Shown piece by piece: positions 53,388 to 61,759 of a DNA stretch of 64,000 nt. A program made the position numbers and the translations under genes. Location of the stretch: IMG/VR virus record IMGVR_UViG_3300044899_000017, positions 1 to 64,000 of that record; one strand, given 5' to 3'. The notes beneath the pieces are model-generated. The model saw nothing but the letters and a program-made list of their open reading frames with translations, was not told the DNA's origin and did no database searches. This DNA is from a virus. Positions within the stretch are counted from its first letter, which is position 1, and every line of letters begins with the position of its first letter.

Positions 53388-54088
53388 CCGCCGACCCGTT
53401 CTATGACGGGCTGCCCGGCGCGCAGGTCGAGGAGGATGCTCCCGCCGGCGAGACGTTCGAGGTCGAGATGCTGCCGGTCGAGCAGTGGCCTCCGGCGCAC
53501 GCGCAGCTCGTCGCCGAGTTCGTCGTGATCGGCACCGCGAAGCCGGCCGGCTCGAAGAGCGCCGGCGTCGTCTACCGGACGAATAAGGAGACGGGGCAGC
53601 GCGAGCCGGTGAAGGTGCCGAAGAAGGGCGGCGGCGAGCGCATCCTCGTCGCGGTGAAGGACAGCTCGGGCGACGCCGGGAAGTCGTGGCGGCAGGACGT
53701 GGCGCTCGCGGCGCTCGCGGCACGTCAGTCGCCGGCGCCGCTCGACTGCCGGCTCGCCGCAGAGTTCACGTTCGTCAGGACGTGGAAGCCTGCCGACTAC
53801 TCGAAGCGCGAGCCGGGCCGGCTGCGCGACTCCGTGGACGCGGCACCGCATAAGCGGCCGGACGCGCTGAAGCTCGCGCGCGCCGTCGAGGACGCGCAGA
53901 CGACGATCCTCTACTCCGACGATGCTCGCATCACGGAGGAGCGCATCCGGAAGGTGTACGTGCCGCCGGAGCAGGGGCCGGATCGCTGCGAGATTCGGCT
54001 GTGGACGCTGCCGACCACCATCGGCGAGCTGCGGCTGCTCGGCCTCGACCGGTACGAGCCGGACGAGCAGGAGACGCTGCCCGTCTGA
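53384..54088 (+). CDS. rusA: RusA-like Holliday junction resolvase
   Basis: G.AKP.GSK, KRPDALKLARAVEDA, YSDDARI, KVY. Confidence 0.85.
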   Translation: MTADPFYDGLPGAQVEEDAPAGETFEVEMLPVEQWPPAHAQLVAEFVVIGTAKPAGSKSAGVVYRTNKETGQREPVKVPKKGGGERILVAVKDSSGDAGKSWRQDVALAALAARQSPAPLDCRLAAEFTFVRTWKPADYSKREPGRLRDSVDAAPHKRPDALKLARAVEDAQTTILYSDDARITEERIRKVYVPPEQGPDRCEIRLWTLPTTIGELRLLGLDRYEPDEQETLPV

Positions 54089-54102
54089 CGGCCGCACGCC
54101 GC

Positions 54103-54151
54103 CGATAACTCTGTTATCGTCGCAGGCGTACCCGAGCCGTAGGAGAACACG
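54103..54151 (+). promoter_or_regulatory. early promoter/5'UTR cassette copy 6
   Basis: CGATAACTCTGTTATCGT, TACCCGAGCCGTAGGAG at 54129, ATG 54152. Confidence 0.9.
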
Positions 54152-54547
54152 ATGGAGCAGAAGACCGAACTCTCGCAGGGCGCCCGACTCCTGAAGCGTG
54201 GCGACACGTTCGACCCGGAGTGCCATCGCACGACGCACCGGCTCGCGCGTGCGCTGACGATCCTGCGGGCGATGGGCATCGAGCCGAAGCACGCCGAGCA
54301 TGATCCCGAGACGTGCCTCCTGCACCCGGACAATCGCTCGAAGCGGATGATGCAGTTCCGCGGCGAGCCGGCTCCCTGCACGTGCGGCGCGCAGCGCAAG
54401 GCGCCGACGTGGCCGGCGCACGTGGACGCCGAGACGTTCAATCTCGCGTACCGGCTCGCCGACCACGAGCAGACGATTCGCGGGCAGTGGCATCAGGCCG
54501 AGATAAACCGCGAGCAGGCCGAGCGCCGCGCGGCCGCGGCGAGCTGA
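54152..54547 (+). CDS. hypothetical protein
   Basis: SD; H...C...CTC. Confidence 0.75.
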   Translation: MEQKTELSQGARLLKRGDTFDPECHRTTHRLARALTILRAMGIEPKHAEHDPETCLLHPDNRSKRMMQFRGEPAPCTCGAQRKAPTWPAHVDAETFNLAYRLADHEQTIRGQWHQAEINREQAERRAAAAS

Positions 54548-54789
54548 TGCCGCGCGCCGGCCTCGCGTTCCGGCAGGCGGCGGCGCTCGACGCCGCGGCC
54601 GCGCGTCCGTGCCCGAACGGGTGCGGGCATCCGTCGGGCGCGCACTTCGAGCTGAAGCCGACGTGGGAACTCGGCGAGGAGGACGGGAAGCCGACGCTCG
54701 TCGAGGTCCCGCATCCGGAGTACAAGCCGTTCCACTTTCACTGCCAGCACGAGGGCTGCTCGTGCATCATCGACCGAACGGGGGGCTGA
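54547..54789 (+). CDS. Cys/His-rich small protein
   Basis: CPNGCGH...H...C..GCSC. Confidence 0.7.
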   Translation: MPRAGLAFRQAAALDAAAARPCPNGCGHPSGAHFELKPTWELGEEDGKPTLVEVPHPEYKPFHFHCQHEGCSCIIDRTGG

Positions 54790-54792
54790 TCA

Positions 54793-55212
54793 TTGGAAGC
54801 GACCGATAAGTCTGTGCTGCTGACGGAGGACTTCCTCGCAGACGAGGCGCGCGAAGCGCAGGAGGTCGCGGAGACGGTGCCGCAGGCCGACGCAGCTCGC
54901 CGGCGCTTCGACCGGCAGATGGGCCTGCTGCACGCGCTGCCCGAGGGGTGGACGGTCGTGCGCGACGACTACACGGTGGCGTTCCGGAAGGCGGGGCACT
55001 ACTTCACGGTGTACGACGCGGACCGCTCGCAGGTCGCGCAGGCGCGTCGCGTGTCGGCGCGCGAGCCGGGCCGGCTGAAGCAGGCCGTGCATTGGGGCGG
55101 CGTCGGCGGCGCGTCGGCCGGCTCGGCGTGGGCGCAGGGAATCGCGCTGATGTTCGCGGCCATCGACGCCGAGGCGCACCTGCCGGCCGAGGCGCGCGAG
55201 GTCACGGACTAG
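54793..55212 (+). CDS. hypothetical protein
   Basis: ORF filling gap; TTG start uncertain. Confidence 0.65.
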   Translation: MEATDKSVLLTEDFLADEAREAQEVAETVPQADAARRRFDRQMGLLHALPEGWTVVRDDYTVAFRKAGHYFTVYDADRSQVAQARRVSAREPGRLKQAVHWGGVGGASAGSAWAQGIALMFAAIDAEAHLPAEAREVTD

Positions 55213-55213
55213 C

Positions 55214-55270
55214 CGATAGCTCCGTTATCCTTCGGGCGACCACCCGAGCTGAACGAACGAGGAGGAAGCG
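55214..55270 (+). promoter_or_regulatory. early promoter/5'UTR cassette copy 7
   Basis: CGATAGCTCCGTTATCCT, CACCCGAG at 55241, ACGAGGAGG, ATG 55271. Confidence 0.8.
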
Positions 55271-55456
55271 ATGTCGATGAAGATGCGCCGAAGGACCGGC
55301 GCCGTGATGGTGGTGGTGGCCGCGCTGCTGGCCGTGGTGGCGACGGGGCCGCTCGGGTGGGGCTTCGGCGTCGTGCTGGCGATCCTCGTCGGCCTCGCCG
55401 GCGCGTCGCTCGCCACGGCGCGCCACCCGTACGACCACGTGCGGGACGGCTTCTGA
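55271..55456 (+). CDS. two-TM membrane protein
   Basis: hydrophobic; SD. Confidence 0.75.
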   Translation: MSMKMRRRTGAVMVVVAALLAVVATGPLGWGFGVVLAILVGLAGASLATARHPYDHVRDGF

Positions 55457-55674
55457 TGGCGAAGGTGATCGCACCCGTGAAGCTCGCCGAGCTGATCAAG
55501 TCGCAGCCGCTCGTCGGCGTGAGTGGGGCGGCGAAGATTCTCGGCATCGTGCCGCCGAACTTCAGGCGCTACCGCGACCGGCTGACGGAGATACCCATCG
55601 AGGGTTCGGCGTCGGCGTTCGTGAAGGCCGAGGTCGAAGAGCTGCGCGACGAGTTGCAGCTCGGCCGCTCCTGA
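55456..55674 (+). CDS. small HTH DNA-binding protein (Xis/MerR-like)
   Basis: LVGVSGAAKILGI....F.RY....F.KAEVE. Confidence 0.75.
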   Translation: MAKVIAPVKLAELIKSQPLVGVSGAAKILGIVPPNFRRYRDRLTEIPIEGSASAFVKAEVEELRDELQLGRS

Positions 55675-55916
55675 TGCCGACGGACTACGGCACGCTGCAC
55701 ACGGTGGCCGATTACGAGGAGGCCGCGAGCAGCGTGCCGGGCGTGCTGCACGTCCGGGTGCGCGCGGCCGCGAACGATCCCCGGATGCCGCGCGGCGTCG
55801 TCGAGGTCCGCGCTCGTGGACCGTGGCGCCGGCGGCTGTCGAAGGCGGTCGAGATGCAGCTCCGCACGGCGCTCGTCGAGCGCCACCCGATAGGCGTCGA
55901 GCTGCGGCTGAAGTAG
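55674..55916 (+). CDS. hypothetical protein
   Basis: DYEEAA..VPGV...PIGV; resembles a fragment of baseplate J. Confidence 0.6.
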   Translation: MPTDYGTLHTVADYEEAASSVPGVLHVRVRAAANDPRMPRGVVEVRARGPWRRRLSKAVEMQLRTALVERHPIGVELRLK

Positions 55917-55948
55917 TTCCGTCCGGGCTGCGCGGTGTACTCCGCGCC

Positions 55949-55975
55949 ATGCCCGAGCCGACCCGGCGCGCGTAA
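55949..55975 (+). CDS. 8-aa leaderless uORF (MPEPTRRA) coupled to ATPase
   Basis: TGTACT-N7-ATG; TAATG overlap with ATPase start. Confidence 0.45.
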   Translation: MPEPTRRA

Positions 55976-57813
55976 TGTCGCCGGCAGAGATTTACCTCGC
56001 GAAGTCCGGAAGCCGCCGCGGCGCCACGCTGCCGGCCGATTCGGTCACTCGGACGTTCGGCATCTTCGGCGTGAAGGACTCGGGCAAGTCCACCACGGCG
56101 CGCACGCTCGCCGAGGGCGTCGTGAAGCTCGGCGGGCACGTCGTGATCCTCGACCCGGTGGGCGTGTGGTGGGGCATCACGCGCCGCGGCGAGGGGCCGG
56201 GCCTGCCGGGCATCGTGATCGGCGGCGAGCATGGGGACGTGCCGCTAGAGAAGGAAGGCGGCGCGCTCGTCGCGGAGTTCGTGGTGGGCCGGCATTACCC
56301 GGTCGTCGTGATTGACACGATGCTGCTGCGGAAGGGCGCGCGGCTCGCGTTCCTCGCCGACTTCCTCGAAGGCGTCTACCACTCGAACCGGCGTCCGCTT
56401 CAGCTCGTGTTCGAGGAGGCGGACGAGGCGCTGCCGCAGTCGCCGCGGGGCATGAACCCGACGCTCGGGCGCGTGCTGGGCGCGGCCGAGGACATCGTGA
56501 AGAAGGGCCGCTCGCGCGGCCTCGGCTCGACGTTCATCTCGCAGCGGTTCGCCACGGTGACGAAGAACGTCACGACGCAGGTCGAGTGCCTGATCCTCCA
56601 CGCGCAGCCGGCGCCGCAGGATCAGAAGGCGGTGAAGGAATGGGTCGCGACGAACGGCGACACGCGCGTCACGGACCGCGTGATGGCGTCGATGGCGTCG
56701 CTCGATGTCGGCGAGGCATGGCTGTACTCGCCGAAGTGGCTGAAGCTGCTCGCGCAGATTCGCGTGCGGAAGCCGAAGACGCTCGACTCGTCCTCGACGC
56801 CGACGGACGACGAGCGCGAGCTAGACGAGCAGGCGCCGCGCGCGCCGGTCGATAAGGCCGAGCTGGCGCGGCAGATGTCGGAGGTCGTCGAGCGCGCGAA
56901 GGGTAAGGACCCGGCCGAGCTGAAGAAGCGGATCGCCGAACTCGAAGCGCAGCTCGCAGACGTGAAGCCCGAGGTCGTCGAGGTCGCCGGCGAGCGGGTG
57001 ATCGTGCCGGACGCCGAGACGGTGCGGGAGTTGGCCGAGTCCGTGGAGGTCTTCGCGGACGCCGCGCAGGCGATCACGGACTCCGTGGAACACCTGCTGT
57101 CCGAGGCCGAGGGGCTAGATAGGCGGATCACCCGAGCCGAGGAGACGCGCCGCGAAGTCGTGGACGCGCTCGCGGCCGCGCGGGCGACGCTCGACGAGCT
57201 GAAGGGCATCCCGGCCGAGGGCGTGCCCGTCACGCCGGCGCCGCGCGCTGCGCCAGCTCCGCGGCCTCGTGCCGCCGCGGCGTCGAACGGGAAGCCCGCA
57301 GCGCCGGCGGGCGATGCCGAGGACGTGTCGCCGGGCGCGCTGAAGCTGCTCGACGAGATGCGCGAGGTGTACCCCCTACGGTTGAACCGTATTCAGCTCG
57401 CGACGATCCTCGGGCGGGGGAAGAAGTCCTCGACGCTGACGCAGCAGCTCGCCGAGCTGAAGGACGCGGACCTGATCCGGGAGGACGGCTCGAAGCTGCT
57501 GTCGGCGGTCGTCACGGGCGCGCAGGCCGAGATGTCGAAGGGCGAGCTGATCGACCGGTGGCGCTCGGCGCTGCCCGAGGGTCCGCTCGCGCTGCTCGAC
57601 GTGCTGCTCGGACTGCCCGGCGGCGGCGGCATCGGGAAGGACGACCTCTTCGTGCAGGCGGGCTTCTCGGCCACGTCCTCGACGCCGGTCGGGCACCTGA
57701 AGATGCTGAAGGACAATGGGCTGGCATTCGAGCCGCAGAAGAAGGTCGTGATGCTCGGGCCGGCGCTCGCCGATCAGGAGGCGGACCCGCGGGGAGCTGC
57801 GACCGTCCGATAA
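55975..57813 (+). CDS. HerA/FtsK-superfamily ATPase (DUF87-like) with coiled coil and C-terminal wHTH-like repeats
   Basis: GVKDSGKS, ILDPVG, LVFEEAD, GRSRG, SQR. Confidence 0.85.
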   Translation: MSPAEIYLAKSGSRRGATLPADSVTRTFGIFGVKDSGKSTTARTLAEGVVKLGGHVVILDPVGVWWGITRRGEGPGLPGIVIGGEHGDVPLEKEGGALVAEFVVGRHYPVVVIDTMLLRKGARLAFLADFLEGVYHSNRRPLQLVFEEADEALPQSPRGMNPTLGRVLGAAEDIVKKGRSRGLGSTFISQRFATVTKNVTTQVECLILHAQPAPQDQKAVKEWVATNGDTRVTDRVMASMASLDVGEAWLYSPKWLKLLAQIRVRKPKTLDSSSTPTDDERELDEQAPRAPVDKAELARQMSEVVERAKGKDPAELKKRIAELEAQLADVKPEVVEVAGERVIVPDAETVRELAESVEVFADAAQAITDSVEHLLSEAEGLDRRITRAEETRREVVDALAAARATLDELKGIPAEGVPVTPAPRAAPAPRPRAAAASNGKPAAPAGDAEDVSPGALKLLDEMREVYPLRLNRIQLATILGRGKKSSTLTQQLAELKDADLIREDGSKLLSAVVTGAQAEMSKGELIDRWRSALPEGPLALLDVLLGLPGGGGIGKDDLFVQAGFSATSSTPVGHLKMLKDNGLAFEPQKKVVMLGPALADQEADPRGAATVR

Positions 57814-57865
57814 CCCTGTTATCGTGCCGTCCACCCGAGTCATTCGATCACGAGGAGACGGCGAG
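57808..57865 (+). promoter_or_regulatory. early promoter/5'UTR cassette copy 8
   Basis: CGATAACCCTGTTATCGT, CACCCGAG at 57832, CACGAGGAG, ATG 57866. Confidence 0.85.
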
Positions 57866-58909
57866 ATGGCGGAAGCAGCGAAGCGGAGCAGCGCGAACAC
57901 GGACCTCTACATCGGCACGATGAAGGTCCCGGTGGGCCTCTTCGGCACGATGGCGTCGCCGGCGAAAGAGCAGAAGTTCGACACGGCCGGACCGAACGGC
58001 GGGAAGCTGAAGTACGAGCAGCGCGCCGTGATCGCCGAGCAGGAGTCGGACGTGGCCGACGAGCCGGACGCGCCCGTGCAGTCCGACCCGCTCGCGACGA
58101 GCGATCCCGGCTCGGACGCGCCGGCGCTCGCCGATACCGTCGAGCGTGCCGAGGCGCGCTCGGCCGAGCTGCGGCAGGCTGCCGATGTCGGCCGGAAGAT
58201 GATGGACTCCGGACCGGGGACGCTCGTGCCCGGCGAGTTCCGGCAGGTACTCGTCGAGGAAGGCTCCGGCGAGGTCGTCGAGGCCGAGGACGTGCGCCGC
58301 GGCGTGCGGCTCGAAGACGGCCGCTTCATCGACGTAACGGAGCAGGTGACGGCCATCGACACGCGCACGAAGCTCGACCGGATCGAGATTCTGCGGTGCG
58401 TGGACTCGACGCAGATCAGGCGCGAGCGTGTGATCGGCGCTTACTACGTCGGCGCGCAGGAGACGGAGGGCCTGCCGTACCTGCGGCTGCTCTTCGAGGC
58501 GCTGAAGAAGCGGCGCGAGGTCGCCGTCGTGAAGTACACGACGAAGAGCCGGCAGAACCTCGGCGTGATCAGCGCGAACGCGAAGACCGGCACGCTGATC
58601 CTGAACTCGCTCGTCTTCGCCGAGGACTGGCGCGAGCCGCCGGCGAAGGCGCTCGGCATCGCAAAGGTGCAGGTCGCGGAGTCGCAGGTCGAGCAGATGG
58701 CCGAGCTGCTGTCCGTGATGCACGGCCACGTGGACGACGTGGACGCGCTCCGCGACGACGCGATAGCGCTGCGCGAGGAGCTGCGCGCGCGTGCCGAGGC
58801 GGGCGAGATGGCCGAGGTCGTCGAGCCGATGCCGGCGGCGGACGCGGTGCCGGACCTCGAAGGCGCGCTCGCCGCGTCGCTCGAAGCGGTCCGTGCGGGC
58901 AAGGTCTAG
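57866..58909 (+). CDS. ku: Ku-like DNA end-binding protein
   Basis: VPVGLF...VRRGV.....FI.V...IEI...V...I......YY...LLFEAL.....AV.K...L.FAE..R; DL..AL.ASL tail. Confidence 0.85.
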   Translation: MAEAAKRSSANTDLYIGTMKVPVGLFGTMASPAKEQKFDTAGPNGGKLKYEQRAVIAEQESDVADEPDAPVQSDPLATSDPGSDAPALADTVERAEARSAELRQAADVGRKMMDSGPGTLVPGEFRQVLVEEGSGEVVEAEDVRRGVRLEDGRFIDVTEQVTAIDTRTKLDRIEILRCVDSTQIRRERVIGAYYVGAQETEGLPYLRLLFEALKKRREVAVVKYTTKSRQNLGVISANAKTGTLILNSLVFAEDWREPPAKALGIAKVQVAESQVEQMAELLSVMHGHVDDVDALRDDAIALREELRARAEAGEMAEVVEPMPAADAVPDLEGALAASLEAVRAGKV

Positions 58910-58936
58910 CGGTCGAACGCGAACGAGGAGGAACGG

Positions 58937-59362
58937 ATGGCAGAGACAGCAGCAGCGCAGGGAACGGGCGGGCGCCGGCGCGCGGCCGCGCCGGCGGGCG
59001 ACGGGAAGCCCGAGCAGCCGCGGAAGCCGACGAAGCGGACGGTGCTGCGGCGCGAGCGTGTTCTCGTGCTGCCGGAGGGCATCGACGACGCGGCGCTCGC
59101 CGAGGTCGTGAAGGCGATCCCGAAGCTGCCCGAGAAGAAGCTCGCCGACGCGCTGAAGGCGAAGCCGGTCGAGGCGTGGGTCGTGATCGGCGAGTTCGAG
59201 GGCACGGACAAAGAGGACGCCATCGAGGCGCACGCCGGGAAGAAGAACACGCCGGACGCGAAGCCGGGCGCGTACAAGGCGCCGCCGGCGTCGGGGTGGT
59301 CGGGGGGCCTGCTGTACGAGCGCCCGCCGGAGCCGAAGGTCGAAGTGAAGGCGCTCGACTGA
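58937..59362 (+). CDS. hypothetical protein
   Basis: SD GAGGAGG. Confidence 0.8.
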   Translation: MAETAAAQGTGGRRRAAAPAGDGKPEQPRKPTKRTVLRRERVLVLPEGIDDAALAEVVKAIPKLPEKKLADALKAKPVEAWVVIGEFEGTDKEDAIEAHAGKKNTPDAKPGAYKAPPASGWSGGLLYERPPEPKVEVKALD

Positions 59363-59817
59363 TGGGCGAGGACGAGGACGACACGCAGGCAGTGGCCGAC
59401 GCTCGGGAGACTCGCGACCTCGTGTTCTCCGTGGCGCTGAAGGCGGCGGCGAAGGCCGTCGCGCACGTCGAGGCGCACGACATCGGCGGCGTGGTGATGA
59501 CGGACGACCTGCCGGCGGGTGGCTTCACGTGGCACGTGGAGGCGCACTGCCGACGCGACTCGTCGTTCGTGAGCGTGCAGGGGAAGCCGCGCTCGGAGCA
59601 GCAGGTCTTCGGCTCGCTCGCCGAGATGGCGGCGGTGATGGGGAACGAGTCCGCGGCGTTTAGCTGCACGGTCCCGCGCGAGTGGGTCCTGCTCGCCGCG
59701 GAAGCAGCGGAGCGGCGCTCGGATGCGGTCTTCGGCGTAGCGGCCGAGGACGCAGCTCCGGGCGAACCGGTGCGGATCGAGCTGTCCGGCACGCGCGAGG
59801 TCGAGGAGCCGAGGTAG
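59362..59817 (+). CDS. hypothetical protein
   Basis: TGATG coupling. Confidence 0.7.
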   Translation: MGEDEDDTQAVADARETRDLVFSVALKAAAKAVAHVEAHDIGGVVMTDDLPAGGFTWHVEAHCRRDSSFVSVQGKPRSEQQVFGSLAEMAAVMGNESAAFSCTVPREWVLLAAEAAERRSDAVFGVAAEDAAPGEPVRIELSGTREVEEPR

Positions 59818-59996
59818 TGCTGGTCGCGATCCTGATCGGCTGCGCGCCGATGGCGCTCGCGGACGGCGACGTGTGGGGGTGCGTGGGCATCCTCGGCGTC
59901 GTCGCCGTGATCGCGTGGGCGCGCAGCGGCGGGGGGCCGAGACTCCCGCGGATACCGTGGCGCGTGTCGTGGCCGGGTGGGCGCTGGCGCGGGTGA
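59817..59996 (+). CDS. small membrane protein
   Basis: TAGTG overlap; hydrophobic. Confidence 0.55.
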   Translation: MLVAILIGCAPMALADGDVWGCVGILGVVAVIAWARSGGGPRLPRIPWRVSWPGGRWRG

Positions 59997-60076
59997 TGCG
60001 CTTCGCCGTCTGGATCGGCGTCGCGCTGATCCTCGCGGCGCTGCTGTGGGGGTACGTGATCGGCTCGCACCTATGA
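59996..60076 (+). CDS. 26-aa single-TM peptide
   Basis: MRFAVWIGVALILAALLWGYVIGSHL; overlaps at both ends. Confidence 0.55.
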   Translation: MRFAVWIGVALILAALLWGYVIGSHL

Positions 60077-60342
60077 CGGGCGAGGTCGGCACCACCTGCA
60101 CGGTGCGGTATCGGATTACGGGCGGCATCGAACCCGCCGATCCGGTAGACGGCGACCTGCTGCGGACGGTGCCGGGCGGAACGTGCTACCGCATCGAGGA
60201 GGCGCGCCGGCTCCCGAACGATGCGCGGTGGCCGGGCGCGCGGCGCTACGTGCTGAAGTGCGTGCGGCTCGGGAAGGACGCGGTGCAGCTCGGCGAGCCG
60301 GGCGTCTTCCCGCTCGTGTGGGACTCGCGGAGACGCGGGTGA
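60073..60342 (+). CDS. hypothetical protein
   Basis: ATGA overlap. Confidence 0.7.
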   Translation: MTGEVGTTCTVRYRITGGIEPADPVDGDLLRTVPGGTCYRIEEARRLPNDARWPGARRYVLKCVRLGKDAVQLGEPGVFPLVWDSRRRG

Positions 60343-60743
60343 TCGACGACCTGCTCGAACTCGTGGCGATGCTCGTCGGAGCGCTCGACGCGGCCGAGAA
60401 CGAACTCGCGTCGCTCCGCGAGATGGATCACGTGCCGCTCCCGGACGAGCTGCACGCGAAGCTCGAAGAACGGCTCGTGCTGATCGAGACGCTGAAGCGC
60501 GTGCGTGGCGGGCTGAAGGCAGGGGCGGCGCTCGACGAGGCGAAGCTGACGGCCGTGTACCGCGAGGAGCGCAGCCGCCACCCGCACGTCGAGGACTCGC
60601 TGCCGCCGGCGCCGGTACTCGGAGATGTCGAGCGCGAACTCGCCGACGTTCAGGAGGTCGTGCGCCGGCGGGCGCTCGTGCTGCCGGCGCTCGACCACGC
60701 GCTCCGCGGCGTGCCGCTGCGGGAGGACTTCGCGGGATGCTGA
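60339..60743 (+). CDS. hypothetical coiled-coil protein
   Basis: GTGA overlap. Confidence 0.7.
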   Translation: MIDDLLELVAMLVGALDAAENELASLREMDHVPLPDELHAKLEERLVLIETLKRVRGGLKAGAALDEAKLTAVYREERSRHPHVEDSLPPAPVLGDVERELADVQEVVRRRALVLPALDHALRGVPLREDFAGC

Positions 60744-60919
60744 AGGCCGAAGGCGGCGATGATCGCCGGGCTGACGCTGCTGCGCGCGACGAGCGCGTCC
60801 ATCACGAGGACGGCGGCGAGCTGCTGATCGGTGAGACGGGATCGGTCCATAGTCCCCTGTATCGGCAGCTCGCCGGATACCTGAAGCGTGGCGCGGCGGT
60901 GCCTACGATGGGGGCGTGA
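60737..60919 (+). CDS. hypothetical protein
   Basis: fills gap; SD GGAGG. Confidence 0.4.
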   Translation: MLKAEGGDDRRADAAARDERVHHEDGGELLIGETGSVHSPLYRQLAGYLKRGAAVPTMGA

Positions 60920-61563
60920 CGGTGGCCGAGAAGCAGAAGCCGAAGGCGGGGCAGCGTGGCGCGCGGACGCAGGCGAGGCAGACTCGCGAGCTGACGGTCG
61001 AGGAACGTGCCGAGCGCGAGGCCGCGAACGCGAAGCGCGCCGCGGCGAAGGGCGCCCGGCTGAACTCGGCGCAGACGGGCCTGCGGAACTCGCTGATCAT
61101 CGCGCGCGCCGCGCAGGGCATGGAGTGGAAGGACATCGCGAAGGAAGCGGGCATCTCGGCGCGGCAGTGCCAGCGCGTCGCCGAGGCCGCGCGGTCCGTC
61201 GATTCGCCGGTGGACGAGTCGCCGATGCAGCTCCTCGAAGGGATCGCGTCGGGCTTCGCTCGAAGCATCGGCGACTACGAACGGATGGCGTTCGCGTGGG
61301 CCGACACGAATCAGTCGGCGGCGCTCGGCGCGAAGAAGGCCGCGGACGAGACGCGCGCGCGGCTGGCGTCGCTGATGGCCGAGGTCGGGAAGCTGCCGTC
61401 GAACCTCGAACTCTTCCGGTCGGAGATGGCGATGCAGCGGATCGCGGAGCAGATGGTCGGGATGATGCGCGCGGTGGCCGCGGGCGAGAAGACGCCGGAC
61501 GAGGCGGTGGCGTTCTTCCGCGAACTCGTCGGGCAGCGCGCACGCGCGCAGCTCGTGGCCTGA
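60916..61563 (+). CDS. HTH protein, terminase small subunit-like
   Basis: RA.GM.WKDIAKEAGIS.RQC.R followed by helical hairpin; TACGAT-N6-GTG leaderless. Confidence 0.55.
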   Translation: MTVAEKQKPKAGQRGARTQARQTRELTVEERAEREAANAKRAAAKGARLNSAQTGLRNSLIIARAAQGMEWKDIAKEAGISARQCQRVAEAARSVDSPVDESPMQLLEGIASGFARSIGDYERMAFAWADTNQSAALGAKKAADETRARLASLMAEVGKLPSNLELFRSEMAMQRIAEQMVGMMRAVAAGEKTPDEAVAFFRELVGQRARAQLVA

Positions 61564-61566
61564 CGC

Positions 61567-61672
61567 GTCCGGGCCGGCGGGCACGATGCACTGCGGGCGC
61601 CGGCGTCGTCGGTCCTCCCCGGAAACGCCGCCGGCGCCCGCTCCGTAGGGTTCGACTCGCGGCGGGCCGGAC
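61567..61672 (+). ncRNA. structured intergenic RNA/hairpin with anti-SD loop
   Basis: 13-bp stem 61593-61605/61629-61641, loop TCCTCC; outer GTCCGG/CCGGAC. Confidence 0.4.
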
Positions 61673-61694
61673 CTTCACGGAGTAGCGCGTCGGG

Positions 61695-61759
61695 TGATAA
61701 CTCTGTTATCGTGGTGGGCGTACCCGAGCTGTCCACCACCACGAGGAGAATCACCCGCA
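61695..61759 (+). promoter_or_regulatory. early promoter/5'UTR cassette copy 9
   Basis: TGATAACTCTGTTATCGT, TACCCGAG at 61721, CACGAGGAG, ATG 61760. Confidence 0.85.

Noticed and set aside
54060-54088. C-terminal QETLPV of RusA (and QGTF, PLPLF elsewhere) as beta-clamp binding motifs
   Set aside because: Only partial matches to QL[S/D]LF; too weak to assert without alignments.
61640-61675. GGTTCGACTC as the T-arm of a tRNA
   Set aside because: No cloverleaf, anticodon arm or CCA could be built; kept only as a structured-RNA candidate.
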